NCBI GenBank assembly: GCA_963799845.1 | Contig: CAWCYI010000006.1 | Coordinates: 768,001-832,000 of the forward strand | DNA length: 64,000 bases | Direction: 5' to 3' | From: an uncultured Nitrososphaerota archaeon | GTDB taxonomy: Archaea > Thermoproteota > Nitrososphaeria > Nitrososphaerales > CADDZS01 | In this document: piece after piece, positions 1 through 9,846 of the stretch | Layout: every line of letters begins with the position of its first letter | Position numbering within the stretch: position 1 is the first letter of the stretch | Notes under the pieces: model-generated | The model's input: the letters and a program-made list of their open reading frames with translations, nothing else | Databases searched by the model: none | Told to the model about the DNA's origin: nothing | Program-made: the position numbers and the translations under genes

Positions 1-1
1 T

Positions 2-973
2 TTCGAGGTGCCGAAGTACGGAGAGAACCCTGATCAAAAAGCGATGATCTACGCGATCAACGGTGCGAAGGGAGGAATTCCCGAATGGAATCAAGTTTTT
101 GGAGATACCCGTTCGTACAACAACCAGCTCGACGTCGCCTCTTCCTTCGAGATTCTGGAGGGATTCGAGGACTTTCCGGCTGCCGCGACCGTGAAACACG
201 GTCAAATCTCGGGGTTTGCGTACTCTACCACGCTGTCAGACGCATACCGTCTTGCGCATGCATGCGACCCAGAGGCGGATTTTGGTAACACTACAGTATT
301 CAATAGACGCATCGATGTAGAAACGGCAAAGCTCGTCGGAAAGAACGAAGGTACTGACGATGATTCCGTTTACACGGAGATCGTGCTGGCCCCCGGCTTC
401 GAGGAGGAAGCCCTCGAGATTCTAAAAGCCAAGCAGAAAAAGAAGATGCGCCTAATTCAAACAACCGTCGGTTCATCGTATCCGTACGACGTCAAGATAA
501 TTCAGGGTCTGACTCTTGTTCAGGAAGCTCCCGATTATCGAAAGAAACTAGATCCGACCAAAGTCACAACGGAGACGAAAGCAAAACCAACCGAAAAAGA
601 TGTAGCTGTATTGCTCGGATTGTGGGAGTTAGCGAGAAGAGTCGAATCCAACGCCATCGTCATTGGAAGCGGAGAAGTCTCACCAGAAAACGGCAGCCTC
701 AGAAAACTCTGGACACTTGGCGTCGGGAGTTTCAGGAAGCGCAACGGGGCGACGAAAATTGCCCTCGATAATGCCGGCGACAGAGCCCGGGGAGCGTACT
801 GCGCTTCAGATGGGTTCTTCCCATTTCCGGACAGCGTCGAGATGCTGGGAAACTCCAGTGTGCGCGCCATAATTCAGCCCGGTGGATCCATCAGCGACAG
901 GAAAGTAATCGAAATGTCGGACAAGTTTTCCATCCCGATGCTGTTCACGCATGAAAGAGCATTCAAGCATTGA
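2..973 (+). CDS. purH: AICAR transformylase domain of PurH, 5'-partial (frame open to window edge)
   Basis: KYGENPxQ, SYNN..D, VKH, ASDGFFPFPD, IIQPGGS and C-terminal R.FKH motifs. Confidence 0.85.
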   Translation, partial: FEVPKYGENPDQKAMIYAINGAKGGIPEWNQVFGDTRSYNNQLDVASSFEILEGFEDFPAAATVKHGQISGFAYSTTLSDAYRLAHACDPEADFGNTTVFNRRIDVETAKLVGKNEGTDDDSVYTEIVLAPGFEEEALEILKAKQKKKMRLIQTTVGSSYPYDVKIIQGLTLVQEAPDYRKKLDPTKVTTETKAKPTEKDVAVLLGLWELARRVESNAIVIGSGEVSPENGSLRKLWTLGVGSFRKRNGATKIALDNAGDRARGAYCASDGFFPFPDSVEMLGNSSVRAIIQPGGSISDRKVIEMSDKFSIPMLFTHERAFKH

Positions 974-1428
974 AACTTTCGAAAGAGCAGGCCGAATATC
1001 TTCGCAAGGGAAGGGTGGGAAGGCTCGCCACCATTGACGAAACCAATTCGGCTCATCTTGTCCCAATAGTCTATACCTGCATCGGAGACAGGATCTACTT
1101 TGTGGTTGACAGAAAAAAGAAACAATCGGGAAAGGCACTCAAGCGAATCCGAAACATTTCTGAAAATGAAAAAGCGACTCTGTTAATCGACAATTACTCC
1201 GAGGACTGGGACGAGCTCTCATACATGATGATTTACTGCCGGGCTGCAATAATCGGGCCGGGAGAGAGATATCGGGAAAAGCAGGCTGCCGCGAGAAAAT
1301 TGAAGGAGAAGTACGTCCAGTATGTAAAAGATGATTATTTTCCAGATGATATTGACAAAGCAGTTTTTGTCAAGCTGGAGCCTCAGAAAGCGATATTTTG
1401 GCGGAATTTGCGTCATTCTGTAGCCTAA
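970..1428 (+). CDS. PPOX-class (pyridoxamine 5'-phosphate oxidase fold) probable F420-dependent oxidoreductase
   Basis: VGRLAT, HLVPI, D.K.K, LKRIRNI..N, D.YSEDW..L; overlaps purH stop. Confidence 0.8.
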   Translation: MKLSKEQAEYLRKGRVGRLATIDETNSAHLVPIVYTCIGDRIYFVVDRKKKQSGKALKRIRNISENEKATLLIDNYSEDWDELSYMMIYCRAAIIGPGERYREKQAAARKLKEKYVQYVKDDYFPDDIDKAVFVKLEPQKAIFWRNLRHSVA

Positions 1429-1462
1429 TATAACATACCAGAATCAACCCACCCTGAGAACT

Positions 1463-2323
1463 ATGAGCGTTGCTCAGACAAAGAGTTATGCGCATCCAGA
1501 AGTCCTAGTCGACACAACCTGGGTAAGAGATCACCATAACGATCCGAACGTGCGGATTGCCGAGGTTGACTACGATCCGACCGCAAATTACAATCAGGGC
1601 CACATTCCAAATGCCATACTGTTTGATTGGAAGAAAGACATCAACGAGCCTGTAAGGAGAGACATTTTGAGCCAGTCTCAGCTCGAAGACTTGTTCAGCC
1701 GAAACGGAATTTCCAATAGCACCACACTGATTCTCTATGGAGATTTCAACAACTGGTTTGCTGCGTTTGCCTTCTGGGTCTTCAAGTATTACGGCGTGAA
1801 AGACGTCAGGTTGATGAACGGCGGCCGAAAAAAGTGGATTGAGGAAGACAAGGAGCTGACAAAGGATGTACCTTTAACTCAAAGATCTGACTACAAAGTT
1901 TCAAGGCCCGATGAATCCGTCCGAGTCTATCTCGATGACGTCAGAAAGGCGATCTCGGCTGGCAATGTCGCTCTGGTTGACGTTCGCAGTCCCAAAGAAT
2001 ATTCCGGCGAAATACTAGCTCCACCCGAGTACCCTACCGAGCACGCCCAGAGAGGCGGGCATATCCCCGGTGCTAAGAACATCCCCTGGGCGCAGGCAGT
2101 GAAAGACGATGGAACGTTCAAGACTGTCGAAGAACTCGAAAACCTCTACAAGCCAAAGGGCGTCACTCCGGACAAGGAGGTCATCGCATACTGCAGGATT
2201 GGCGAGAGGTCTTCGCACTCGTGGTTTGTATTGAAGTACCTTCTAGGATACCCTGACGTCAGAAACTACGATGGTTCCTGGACTGAATGGGGAAATCTGG
2301 TTCGCTCGCCTATCGAAAAATAG
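1463..2323 (+). CDS. Two-domain rhodanese / thiosulfate sulfurtransferase
   Basis: HPEVLV, GHIP twice, active-site loop CRIGERS, YDGSWTEW. Confidence 0.95.
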   Translation: MSVAQTKSYAHPEVLVDTTWVRDHHNDPNVRIAEVDYDPTANYNQGHIPNAILFDWKKDINEPVRRDILSQSQLEDLFSRNGISNSTTLILYGDFNNWFAAFAFWVFKYYGVKDVRLMNGGRKKWIEEDKELTKDVPLTQRSDYKVSRPDESVRVYLDDVRKAISAGNVALVDVRSPKEYSGEILAPPEYPTEHAQRGGHIPGAKNIPWAQAVKDDGTFKTVEELENLYKPKGVTPDKEVIAYCRIGERSSHSWFVLKYLLGYPDVRNYDGSWTEWGNLVRSPIEK

Positions 2324-2419
2324 ATTTTCCGAATTGCTCAAATCACATTTACCTCCTCCAAGGTTATGAGTCCCCTGTCCCCAACAATCTCTTTTACGTT
2401 CGTGAGAATCGGCAGAATC

Positions 2420-3479
2420 TTCTCTGGTTAACACTGTAACAATTATTGAAAACTGACTATTGGAGAGATATCCAAGTTGGTTTCCGAGCGTTGCGACAAT
2501 TGTTCCCACAGTTAGTCCTGTGCTGAAAAGCATCGTTGAAAATATCGGAGCCTCTGGAATCCACTTTTTGCAAAGTGCATAAACTCCGACGAATTTTGAG
2601 CCTAGTTTAGTCCCCAACAAGCCCAAGACTAGCAGGATATTTGCAATAACTACAGGAAGAGCAATTAACATTCCAGCCCGTATGAAAAAGGCTGGGGCAA
2701 GAAGAGTGAATGTGACTGTCCTCATTTTCGAGAGAATTTCCTGATGTTCCTGAATTGAATTTGCAAAAATCAAACCCAGCACAAAGGCACCAAAAACTGA
2801 ATGCAGGTCTGCTTGGTCTGCAAAGAAGGAAATCGCAAGCAATATTGCGAGGACGAATCTGAGTTCTAATTCGACTGCTCTTTTTCCGAAATTACGAATA
2901 ACATTTCTCAGTAATCTTGGAACTATTGGAATGAGAGCAATCAGCACAACGAAGAAAGCAATTGTATAAAGGTCGAATGTCGTCTGGATGAAATTTATTC
3001 CAATCAGAGTAAGGATATCGTTTACAAAAGTTACGGCGATTATCGTTTTTTGCGGTTGGGGTCTTGATAATTTCGTATTCTGACAAGACAGCATATACTA
3101 CGGCAACGGACGTAGTAGTTAGAGCTAGACCACCTGCTAGTCTTGCATCCCAAGTCCAATTTGTGAAAACTGTAAGAAATCCAATTATTCCTATAAGGGG
3201 AGCGACAAACGCCATCGTCCCGATTCCGAAGCTTTGCTTCGCCTGCTTACGCAGAAGGATGAACTCGACTTCTGAACCTGCAAGAAATGTAAGAACCAGT
3301 CCGCCAAACGTCCCAAGAAAATCGAGCCACGGAGCAATAGATAATCCTAGGAGGTTTGCGAGGATTACACCCGCCGCAACTTCAAAGATTGAGGAGGAAA
3401 TTCTTGACCTTATTCCGATTATTCCTGCAACGACTACTGCTATCGCAACTAGTGCTGGTAAATACAGGCTTACTGTCAT
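2420..3479 (-). CDS. CPA2-type cation:proton antiporter; frameshifted at 3046-3051, last helix apparently truncated (3' boundary approximate)
   Basis: Two overlapping hydrophobic ORFs (2892..3479, 2243..3094); LTFLAG.E, TTSVAVV, ND, GAFVLG, PAFF motifs; removing one A from an A6 run joins them. Confidence 0.8.
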
Positions 3480-3514
3480 ACGGTTTTCTCATGCTCGCCA
3501 TTTTCGAATTACCT

Positions 3515-3573
3515 TGGTAGAGACTATTGGCTCATCTTTTTCGATGAGCGGTTAACGGCGAGCCTCACCGCCT
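3515..3573 (-). ncRNA. Fluoride (crcB) riboswitch aptamer
   Basis: Minus strand GGCGGUGAGGCUCGCC-GUUAACC-GCUCAUC-GAAAAA-GAUGAGC-CAAUAGUCUCUAC: P1 GGCG/CGCC, GCUCAUC/GAUGAGC stem, pseudoknot GAGGCU/AGUCUC, terminal CUAC; about 35 nt before the antiporter start. Confidence 0.88.
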
Positions 3574-3702
3574 GACAATTAAATGGGTTCAAAAACATCT
3601 ATATGATTTTGCCGGTGCATTCGGTCAAAAAACTCTGGGTCGAACGAAACTAGTATCTATGACTTTGGCCCATTTTTCATAATTTTAGAGGACTGCCCGG
3701 AC

Positions 3703-4371
3703 CTAAACTTTCTTGACGATAAAGTGGTAAAGATTTTCCTCCCGTCTAGTCTCGACCAGCTCGTTTCCGGTCTGCATCGACCAGCGGACCATTTCAATGT
3801 CAGCGGTAGGATCGTCTGTCACCAAATGAACCACGTAGCCCCTCGGCTTGTCCGAGAGGAGTTCGCTCAGATTTGCCAGAGTGGTCGTACATTCTGTTCC
3901 AATCGAATACATGTCTTCATCGGGAAGAAGTTTGAAGCATCTTATCCTGAGTTCTCTAATTCTTGAAAGCAGCTTTTCCCTCGCATCCGATCCAAGGGAA
4001 AGACCGTTGAGAGATCCTTCTTCAAAATCCTGATATTCGGCCATCCAATTCTCGTACGGAGACTCTGAGACCAGGGCAGGATTGGATAGGAGAACCTCGT
4101 TAAACCTCGAAATCTTTCCCTGGATTGGAGACCGAACCGCGCCGAAGTACCTTATTGATTCAATCGTCGCAATGCTCTGCCCTCTTTTTGTTTCGCCGAT
4201 AATCGGGCGATATTTTATCCCTGAGATCTTTCCTGCGAGAAACACAAGAACGCTGGAGATTCCCATCCGACCAATTTTCCTTTGAGATCCGGTCTCAATC
4301 TTCTGGAACCAAACATCGTTTTCGACATCGTAGAAAAGCTTGTCCGGGAACTCGCAATGATCAATATTCAC
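3703..4371 (-). CDS. GcvH/lipoate-binding-like domain fused to a C-terminal TusA/SirA-like domain
   Basis: CEFP..LFY, GQSIATIES, SP..G, N..L...P......PY..W; C-terminal G..C...L, LVTDDPTA..E...W....G.ELV, Y.FIVKK. Confidence 0.8.
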   Translation of the reverse strand: MNIDHCEFPDKLFYDVENDVWFQKIETGSQRKIGRMGISSVLVFLAGKISGIKYRPIIGETKRGQSIATIESIRYFGAVRSPIQGKISRFNEVLLSNPALVSESPYENWMAEYQDFEEGSLNGLSLGSDAREKLLSRIRELRIRCFKLLPDEDMYSIGTECTTTLANLSELLSDKPRGYVVHLVTDDPTADIEMVRWSMQTGNELVETRREENLYHFIVKKV

Positions 4372-4559
4372 GCCGAAAATAATCCTCGCTTCTTATTGAA
4401 TGACGATATGATAGCTCCCGCCTAATTAATGAAGGGATAGATGCAACTCTGCATCGCGTTGATAGACAGAAATTAGGATAAGAAACTACGGGTGTGCGAT
4501 AGTTTTGGAGAAACGACGCCTTAGAATCCTTAATAGCTAATTCAGCAGGCAAAAACGAC

Positions 4560-4997
4560 ATGAAAGACGAAACCAGAGATTATCTAGTTCAAGAGATGGG
4601 GAGGGTTCACGAAGTGTTCCAGACGCTGGATAGATATGATCCGGAGCTTGTTGATTCACTCGCCTCTCTGAGACGAAGCGCGATCCCCGGCCTGAATGAT
4701 ACCAAGGCTGTGCTGCCCGCAAAGTACCGGGAGCTGATCATGGTTGGAGTTGAGGCGGCCACGGGGCGGGGCGAGAAGGGTAAGAGCCACGCGCGAAAGG
4801 CGATTAGGGCCGGCGCTTCCCCAAAAGAAGTCCAGGAGGCGCTCGCCCTCTGCATCTACCTCGTTGGAATGAGCAGCTGGGTCGATGGCGGAATGGAATG
4901 CGTTCTCGCAGCTGAAGAAGAAGACGCCAAGATAAAGCGTGGGGAGAAATTCAACTGGACGGCGGAAGTTCCCTCGGCTCATTCGAAAAAGGAATGA
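4560..4997 (+). CDS. Carboxymuconolactone decarboxylase (CMD/AhpD-like) family protein, no CxxC
   Basis: LPAKYRELI, HARKAIRAGAS..EV.EAL. Confidence 0.85.
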   Translation: MKDETRDYLVQEMGRVHEVFQTLDRYDPELVDSLASLRRSAIPGLNDTKAVLPAKYRELIMVGVEAATGRGEKGKSHARKAIRAGASPKEVQEALALCIYLVGMSSWVDGGMECVLAAEEEDAKIKRGEKFNWTAEVPSAHSKKE

Positions 4998-5043
4998 AGC
5001 GTCATCTTCGACAGTAATCATTGCGGTCGGTTAGGGCATACCA

Positions 5044-6042
5044 TTGAAATTCGGAGTAAGGCTTCCCAATTCGGGACCGCTTGCAAACCGGATAAACATC
5101 GTGGAGGTCGCCGAAGAAGCAGAGAATCTGGAATTTCACTCGGTCTGGGTTCACGATCACATCCTCTGGGGTACGGAACAGCACAGAACCCATCTCTCCG
5201 CGGGTTCCGCCGAAGCGCTTGAGGAGTCCCAGAGGCCGAATTTCTACGAGTCGGTCACCACGCTTTCTTACATCGCCGGAAGAACGAAATCGGTGAAGCT
5301 CGGCGTAGCGGTACTCGTCTTGCCCCTCAGAAACCCGCTTGTTCTGGGAAAGCAGCTCGCCAACCTGGACGTTCTTTCCGAAGGCAGGTTGATCGTCGGG
5401 GTCGCGCCGGGTGCTCCCAATATTACAAAACACGAATTTGAGGCCGTCGGAGTGGATTACGAGCAACGCGGGAAAATCACCGATGAATACATCTCTGCTC
5501 TGAAAAAAATCTGGAACGAGAACCTCCCAACTTTCTCAGGGGCATTCTTGAATTTCAGTGATGCCCAGATATTTCCAAAGCCTCTGCAGAAGAATCTGAA
5601 AATCTTGATCGGAGGAGGCGAGAGAGGAATCAGCCCACGGGCGCTGAGAAGAGTGGTCGAGCTCGGCGACGGTTGGATACCGGCCTATCTGACTCCAGTC
5701 GAGATTAGGGACGGTGTTGCGAAGATCAATGAGGAGTTTCGGTCTCGGGGAAGGGATCCTTCCGGCTTGACAATCGTGCACGAGATGTTCACAGCAGTGG
5801 ATAGTGATTCTTCACACGCAGCGGCATTAGCAGCAAAGAGCCTTTCGACCAATTTTGTCTCAGTCGAAGAAGGCATGAAGAGGAGCCTCGTTGGAAGTCC
5901 ATCAGAACTTGTAAGGAAGCTTGAGCTTTATTCTTCTGCTGGAGTGAATGTTACTGAACTGAAATTTATTTATTCGGAAATTCTATCTTTGCTCAAGATG
6001 ATGAAACTTTTCGCAGAGGAAATCCTGCCCTCGTTCAGCTAA
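5044..6042 (+). CDS. Luciferase-like (LLM) probable F420-dependent oxidoreductase
   Basis: SVWVHDH, LG.AVLVLPLRNP, LD.LS.GRL, PKP.Q, GDGW. Confidence 0.9.
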   Translation: MKFGVRLPNSGPLANRINIVEVAEEAENLEFHSVWVHDHILWGTEQHRTHLSAGSAEALEESQRPNFYESVTTLSYIAGRTKSVKLGVAVLVLPLRNPLVLGKQLANLDVLSEGRLIVGVAPGAPNITKHEFEAVGVDYEQRGKITDEYISALKKIWNENLPTFSGAFLNFSDAQIFPKPLQKNLKILIGGGERGISPRALRRVVELGDGWIPAYLTPVEIRDGVAKINEEFRSRGRDPSGLTIVHEMFTAVDSDSSHAAALAAKSLSTNFVSVEEGMKRSLVGSPSELVRKLELYSSAGVNVTELKFIYSEILSLLKMMKLFAEEILPSFS

Positions 6043-6444
6043 TCAAGTAAATCTCGACACGGCGCGAAGCACCGTAAAAAGCGCGCTGTGATTCTCCTGA
6101 GTTATCTCGGCAGCGTGCCTGAACCTTACCGAATCAAAGATCGATCCCTTGACATCGACCAGGCCGTTGCTGAAAGCCTCGTCCTGATCAATCTTTCCCG
6201 TCAGCATCCCGTAAAACAGGTCAGCGTTGGAGTAGAAGACAACGTCCGCATTCTCCAACTTGTGATCTATAAAATTGATTGAAGAATCTTTTGAGAAGAC
6301 TACTCCGAACGGCTTTTCTCCGATCAGGTCAAACTCGATTCTGCTTTCCCACCCGAAGGTAAACTCCTTGACCTCCTTCGTCTTGCTCATGTAATCGACG
6401 AGAAGAGTTACCGCTCTTGCACATTTGCCGACCAATTTATTCAC
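6043..6444 (-). CDS. SCP2 sterol-binding-like domain protein
   Basis: ADV......D.F..MLTGKID...AF..G.V.VKG pattern; last gene of the M-S operon. Confidence 0.7.
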   Translation of the reverse strand: MNKLVGKCARAVTLLVDYMSKTKEVKEFTFGWESRIEFDLIGEKPFGVVFSKDSSINFIDHKLENADVVFYSNADLFYGMLTGKIDQDEAFSNGLVDVKGSIFDSVRFRHAAEITQENHSALFTVLRAVSRFT

Positions 6445-6447
6445 CAG

Positions 6448-6960
6448 CTATTTCGGAATTGGAGCTCCAGCTTTTTCTTGCCGCAAACTTTTCGCGGCTG
6501 CAAATATAGATTCCAATATTCTTCCGTAACCTGTGCAACGGCAGATGTTCCCCGCAAGAGCCTCCTGAATATCGACGAGTGAAGGGTCTGGATTTTTGTC
6601 GAGAAGGCACTTTGTCGAAATCATAATTCCACTCGTGCAGTAGCCGCACTGCAACCCGCCGTTAACAAGAAAGCTTTCCTGAATCATCGAGAGCGCGTCT
6701 CCTCCGATGCCATTGTTTGCGGCCAGCCCTTCAACGGTCAGTATCTCTTTCCCTTCCGCATACTGGGCCGGAAACATGCAGGAGTAAATGGCTTTCCCGT
6801 CGATAGAAACGGTGCAGGCTCCGCAGCCGCCGTAATCGCAGCCTCTCTTCGTCCCTATCATTCCTAACTCTTCCCGCAAAACACGCGACAGAGTATCGTA
6901 CGGTTTCAGCCGTACGCTTTCCTCTCTGCCGTTAACTTTCAGGACAACTGAATCTGTCAT
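6448..6960 (-). CDS. Mo-hydroxylase small 2x[2Fe-2S] subunit (CoxS/CutS family)
   Basis: GTKRGCDYGGCGACTV, QCGYCT.G, GNICRCTGY. Confidence 0.95.
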   Translation of the reverse strand: MTDSVVLKVNGREESVRLKPYDTLSRVLREELGMIGTKRGCDYGGCGACTVSIDGKAIYSCMFPAQYAEGKEILTVEGLAANNGIGGDALSMIQESFLVNGGLQCGYCTSGIMISTKCLLDKNPDPSLVDIQEALAGNICRCTGYGRILESIFAAAKSLRQEKAGAPIPK

Positions 6961-6961
6961 G

Positions 6962-7849
6962 CTATCCTCGGATCCTCTCGTATGCTTTCAAAACGCAATC
7001 GCGAAGAACGATCGGAAGGATCGCCATCTTGTACTCGCTCGACCCGTGAACGGACGGGAAGAGTTTTTCCTTTTCGAAAGCGTCCTCGGCAGCTTCCATG
7101 ATCGCCTTTTCGTCAACCTGTTTCCCCAGAAGCTTCTTCTCAAATGCCGAGGCGCGAAGCGGTACTCTCTTTATTCCGCCGAGAAAGACCTTGATGGAGG
7201 ATAGCTTACCGTCACCCTTGGTGGAGAGAGATACCGCCGCATTGATCAGGTTAAAGTCGTAAGCGGTCCTCCCGATTTTTACGAAGGCAGATTTCTCCTC
7301 AGATTTTTTCGGAAGCAGTACTTCCTTTACGATTTCACCGTACTTTAATTTCGTCAAGAACGCGTCGATGTAAAAATTCTCAAGATTGGTTGAATACTCG
7401 GTGCCTTCCGGATTTAACACCCTGAGCGAAGCCCCGCACGCAAGAAGTGCGGTCGGAAGATCGACGATCGGAACGGAGATGCAGACCTCTCCTCCAATTG
7501 TTGCCACATTTCTGATCTGGATCGGACGTATCTCTCTGAGAGCATCGCCTATAGCCTCCAGCCCCATCCTCTCACCAACTCCTGATTCGAGCAAGTTCTG
7601 AAGTCTGGTTGTTGCGCCGATCGTCACGCTAGCCTTCTCGTCTTTGATGTAATCAAGGCCGAGCTTCATTATCGAAACGACATGCTTTACTTCCGGAATG
7701 TATCCCCTCCTCGCCAGTTCATAAAAACCGGTTCCGCCGGCTATGATGTGGGCGTGTTTTCCCTCGCTCTTCAGCTTGCCAAGCGCTTCCTCCTTTTTGT
7801 CGGTCAGGAGAAAGTCCCTGGTTCGAAATACCGCCAAGCTCAGATTCAA
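6962..7849 (-). CDS. Mo-hydroxylase FAD-binding medium subunit (CoxM/CutM family)
   Basis: IAGGT, IGA, QIRNVATIGG, D.PTALLA, S.EYK. Confidence 0.92.
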   Translation of the reverse strand: MNLSLAVFRTRDFLLTDKKEEALGKLKSEGKHAHIIAGGTGFYELARRGYIPEVKHVVSIMKLGLDYIKDEKASVTIGATTRLQNLLESGVGERMGLEAIGDALREIRPIQIRNVATIGGEVCISVPIVDLPTALLACGASLRVLNPEGTEYSTNLENFYIDAFLTKLKYGEIVKEVLLPKKSEEKSAFVKIGRTAYDFNLINAAVSLSTKGDGKLSSIKVFLGGIKRVPLRASAFEKKLLGKQVDEKAIMEAAEDAFEKEKLFPSVHGSSEYKMAILPIVLRDCVLKAYERIRG

Positions 7850-7889
7850 GTCCAGTCGAGTGACTTATTTTCAAACCATCTAGAATGGT

Positions 7890-8891
7890 CTACTTTTCGA
7901 AGATCCATTCTCCATCTCTTATGATCGTCTTTCCGTCAATTTCCACAGTTGGATATCTCACGGTCGCGTCGAGATGCCACTTTGAAACATTCTTTCCGCC
8001 CGGGTATGCGTGATGGTTATCACCGAGGGCGAAATGGACAGTGCCTAGTTTTCCCTTCTCAGACAGAGTTCCAAATTTCACGAGATGCCCTGAACCAAGA
8101 GAAAATTCAGCAACGACGTTCGAGCCTTCGTCAGCCGCAGCTAGGACGCTCTTCAATTTTTCAGCTTCCTCTCCGCCCGTCACTTCGTAGGCCCTGCCGT
8201 TTTTTGCCTTTACAGTTATGTAGTTCTTGACTCCGTTTGGAGCAACGACGTTCATCACGCCGTCCATGACGATCTGGCCGTTTGCGCTGTCTTCGATCGC
8301 GGCGTAGGCAACCTCGCCCCAGAGAGGCATCGGCCCCATCATCACCCCTTTCTGCCTGACCGGCGTTACCTTGAGCGGCGGCCTGCCTTTTATTGAAAGA
8401 GCGATGTCGGTCCCCTGTTTTGAAGTAACGTGAATTTTATCCGCACCTTTGAAAATATCAATCAACGTGTCCGTTCTTTTCTCCACTTTGTCGATGTCTC
8501 CGTCAGTCAGACCCCAAGACCCCAGACCTTCTTCAACCGAAGCAATCCTCGCCTGGTTATCAACTGTCTCGCGAACAGTCGTCGTATGGGCAAATCTATG
8601 CGCATAGTCGATCTCTGTTTTGATTATGATTACATCTGAATTTTTCACCGCCGCACTCACGTGTTTCGGAGGCTCCGGTATTCCGGGAATCAGCAGTCCC
8701 TCAGCCACAATTGAGGAGATGTCCATCAGCGCGACATCCGCTCCGACCGAGTTTGCCGCTGCCGCGAGAGCCTGGGCTTCTATCTCGTGATTACCATCGG
8801 CAAGCACCAGAACGCTTTCCCCCGGCTGTACCCGGTATCCCTTTCTAACGCATATCAGCGCCTCCTTCTCGGCGGTAATGAAAGAATGCAT
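7890..8891 (-). CDS. Peptidase M29 / aminopeptidase T-like metallohydrolase
   Basis: GTDI, P.GEV, AEF.LG, GTVHFALG.N, HLD. Confidence 0.75.
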   Translation of the reverse strand: MHSFITAEKEALICVRKGYRVQPGESVLVLADGNHEIEAQALAAAANSVGADVALMDISSIVAEGLLIPGIPEPPKHVSAAVKNSDVIIIKTEIDYAHRFAHTTTVRETVDNQARIASVEEGLGSWGLTDGDIDKVEKRTDTLIDIFKGADKIHVTSKQGTDIALSIKGRPPLKVTPVRQKGVMMGPMPLWGEVAYAAIEDSANGQIVMDGVMNVVAPNGVKNYITVKAKNGRAYEVTGGEEAEKLKSVLAAADEGSNVVAEFSLGSGHLVKFGTLSEKGKLGTVHFALGDNHHAYPGGKNVSKWHLDATVRYPTVEIDGKTIIRDGEWIFEK

Positions 8892-9094
8892 ATTGATTTT
8901 GATCTATGAGGAATTTTAGAAAAATCTTTGTGTCATACCTCTTTTACTTTCAAAGAAAGAGTTCGGACAGTTCACGTGACGCTGGCAAAGCACCTATATT
9001 CGAATTGAAAGCAGGCGAAATGTAGGTTCAAAAGTCCTGATTTACGTTCATGCAATTCTTTTTTATCCAAAACTGATTCTAATCGAAACTCGGA

Positions 9095-9842
9095 ATGACG
9101 ATCACATCCGCAAAGCTTTACCCGGGAAAGAAAATCGATCTTCACGCGCACATCGGTAATTTTGGCGGATGGGCGAATGTTTCTTGCACAGACGACCAAT
9201 TAGTTCAATCAATGTTAGACTATAACGTCGAAAAATCTGCAGTTTACTTTACCGACAACGAGCTCGTTAGAAAGGCTGTTCAGAAGTACCCTGACAAACT
9301 GCTCGGGTGTGTCTGGCCGAATCCGCATGAGGAGACCGCGGCGGAAAAAGTAAGGATTGCACTTTCAGAATGGGGTTTCAAAGGAATAAAACTGCACCCG
9401 TTATTCCAAGCTTTTCTTCCAAATGACGACATTGTGCATCCAATCATGGAAGAAGCGCGCAGAGCTAACGTCCCGGTTTTGATTCACACCGGTCACTCTC
9501 CCTTTTCGCTTCCCTGGAGCGTTGGCGAACTGGCGGAGAAATTTCCTGATGTGAAGATTGTAATGCTGCACATGGGGGATGGCCACGGTCTTTACATCCA
9601 AGCTGCAATCAACACTGCCAAGCGTTTGGACAACATCTACCTCGAAACTAGCGCGATGCCCATGGCTACGAAAATCAAGGAGGCGATGGACGTTGTCGGA
9701 AAGGATCGGGTTATGTACGGATCAGATATCCCGTTCGGCAACCCACCGGTTGATATCGCGAAAGCTGACAGCTCTTGAGCTAAGTGACGAAGATTTTGAA
9801 CTGTACTTTTACCGGAACGCGAAAAATCTGTTGAATGTCTAA
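9095..9842 (+). CDS. Amidohydrolase_2 family protein (frameshift at about 9767)
   Basis: IDLHAH, GIKLHP, HTG, HMG, LETS, YGSD.P; NA..LL tail lies in the next frame. Confidence 0.88.
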
Positions 9843-9846
9843 CAGA

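Noticed and set aside
7890-8891. NicX 2,5-dihydroxypyridine dioxygenase
   Set aside because: Same fold and suggestive context, but AEF.LG has Glu where NicX is recalled to have a His ligand; kept as M29-like
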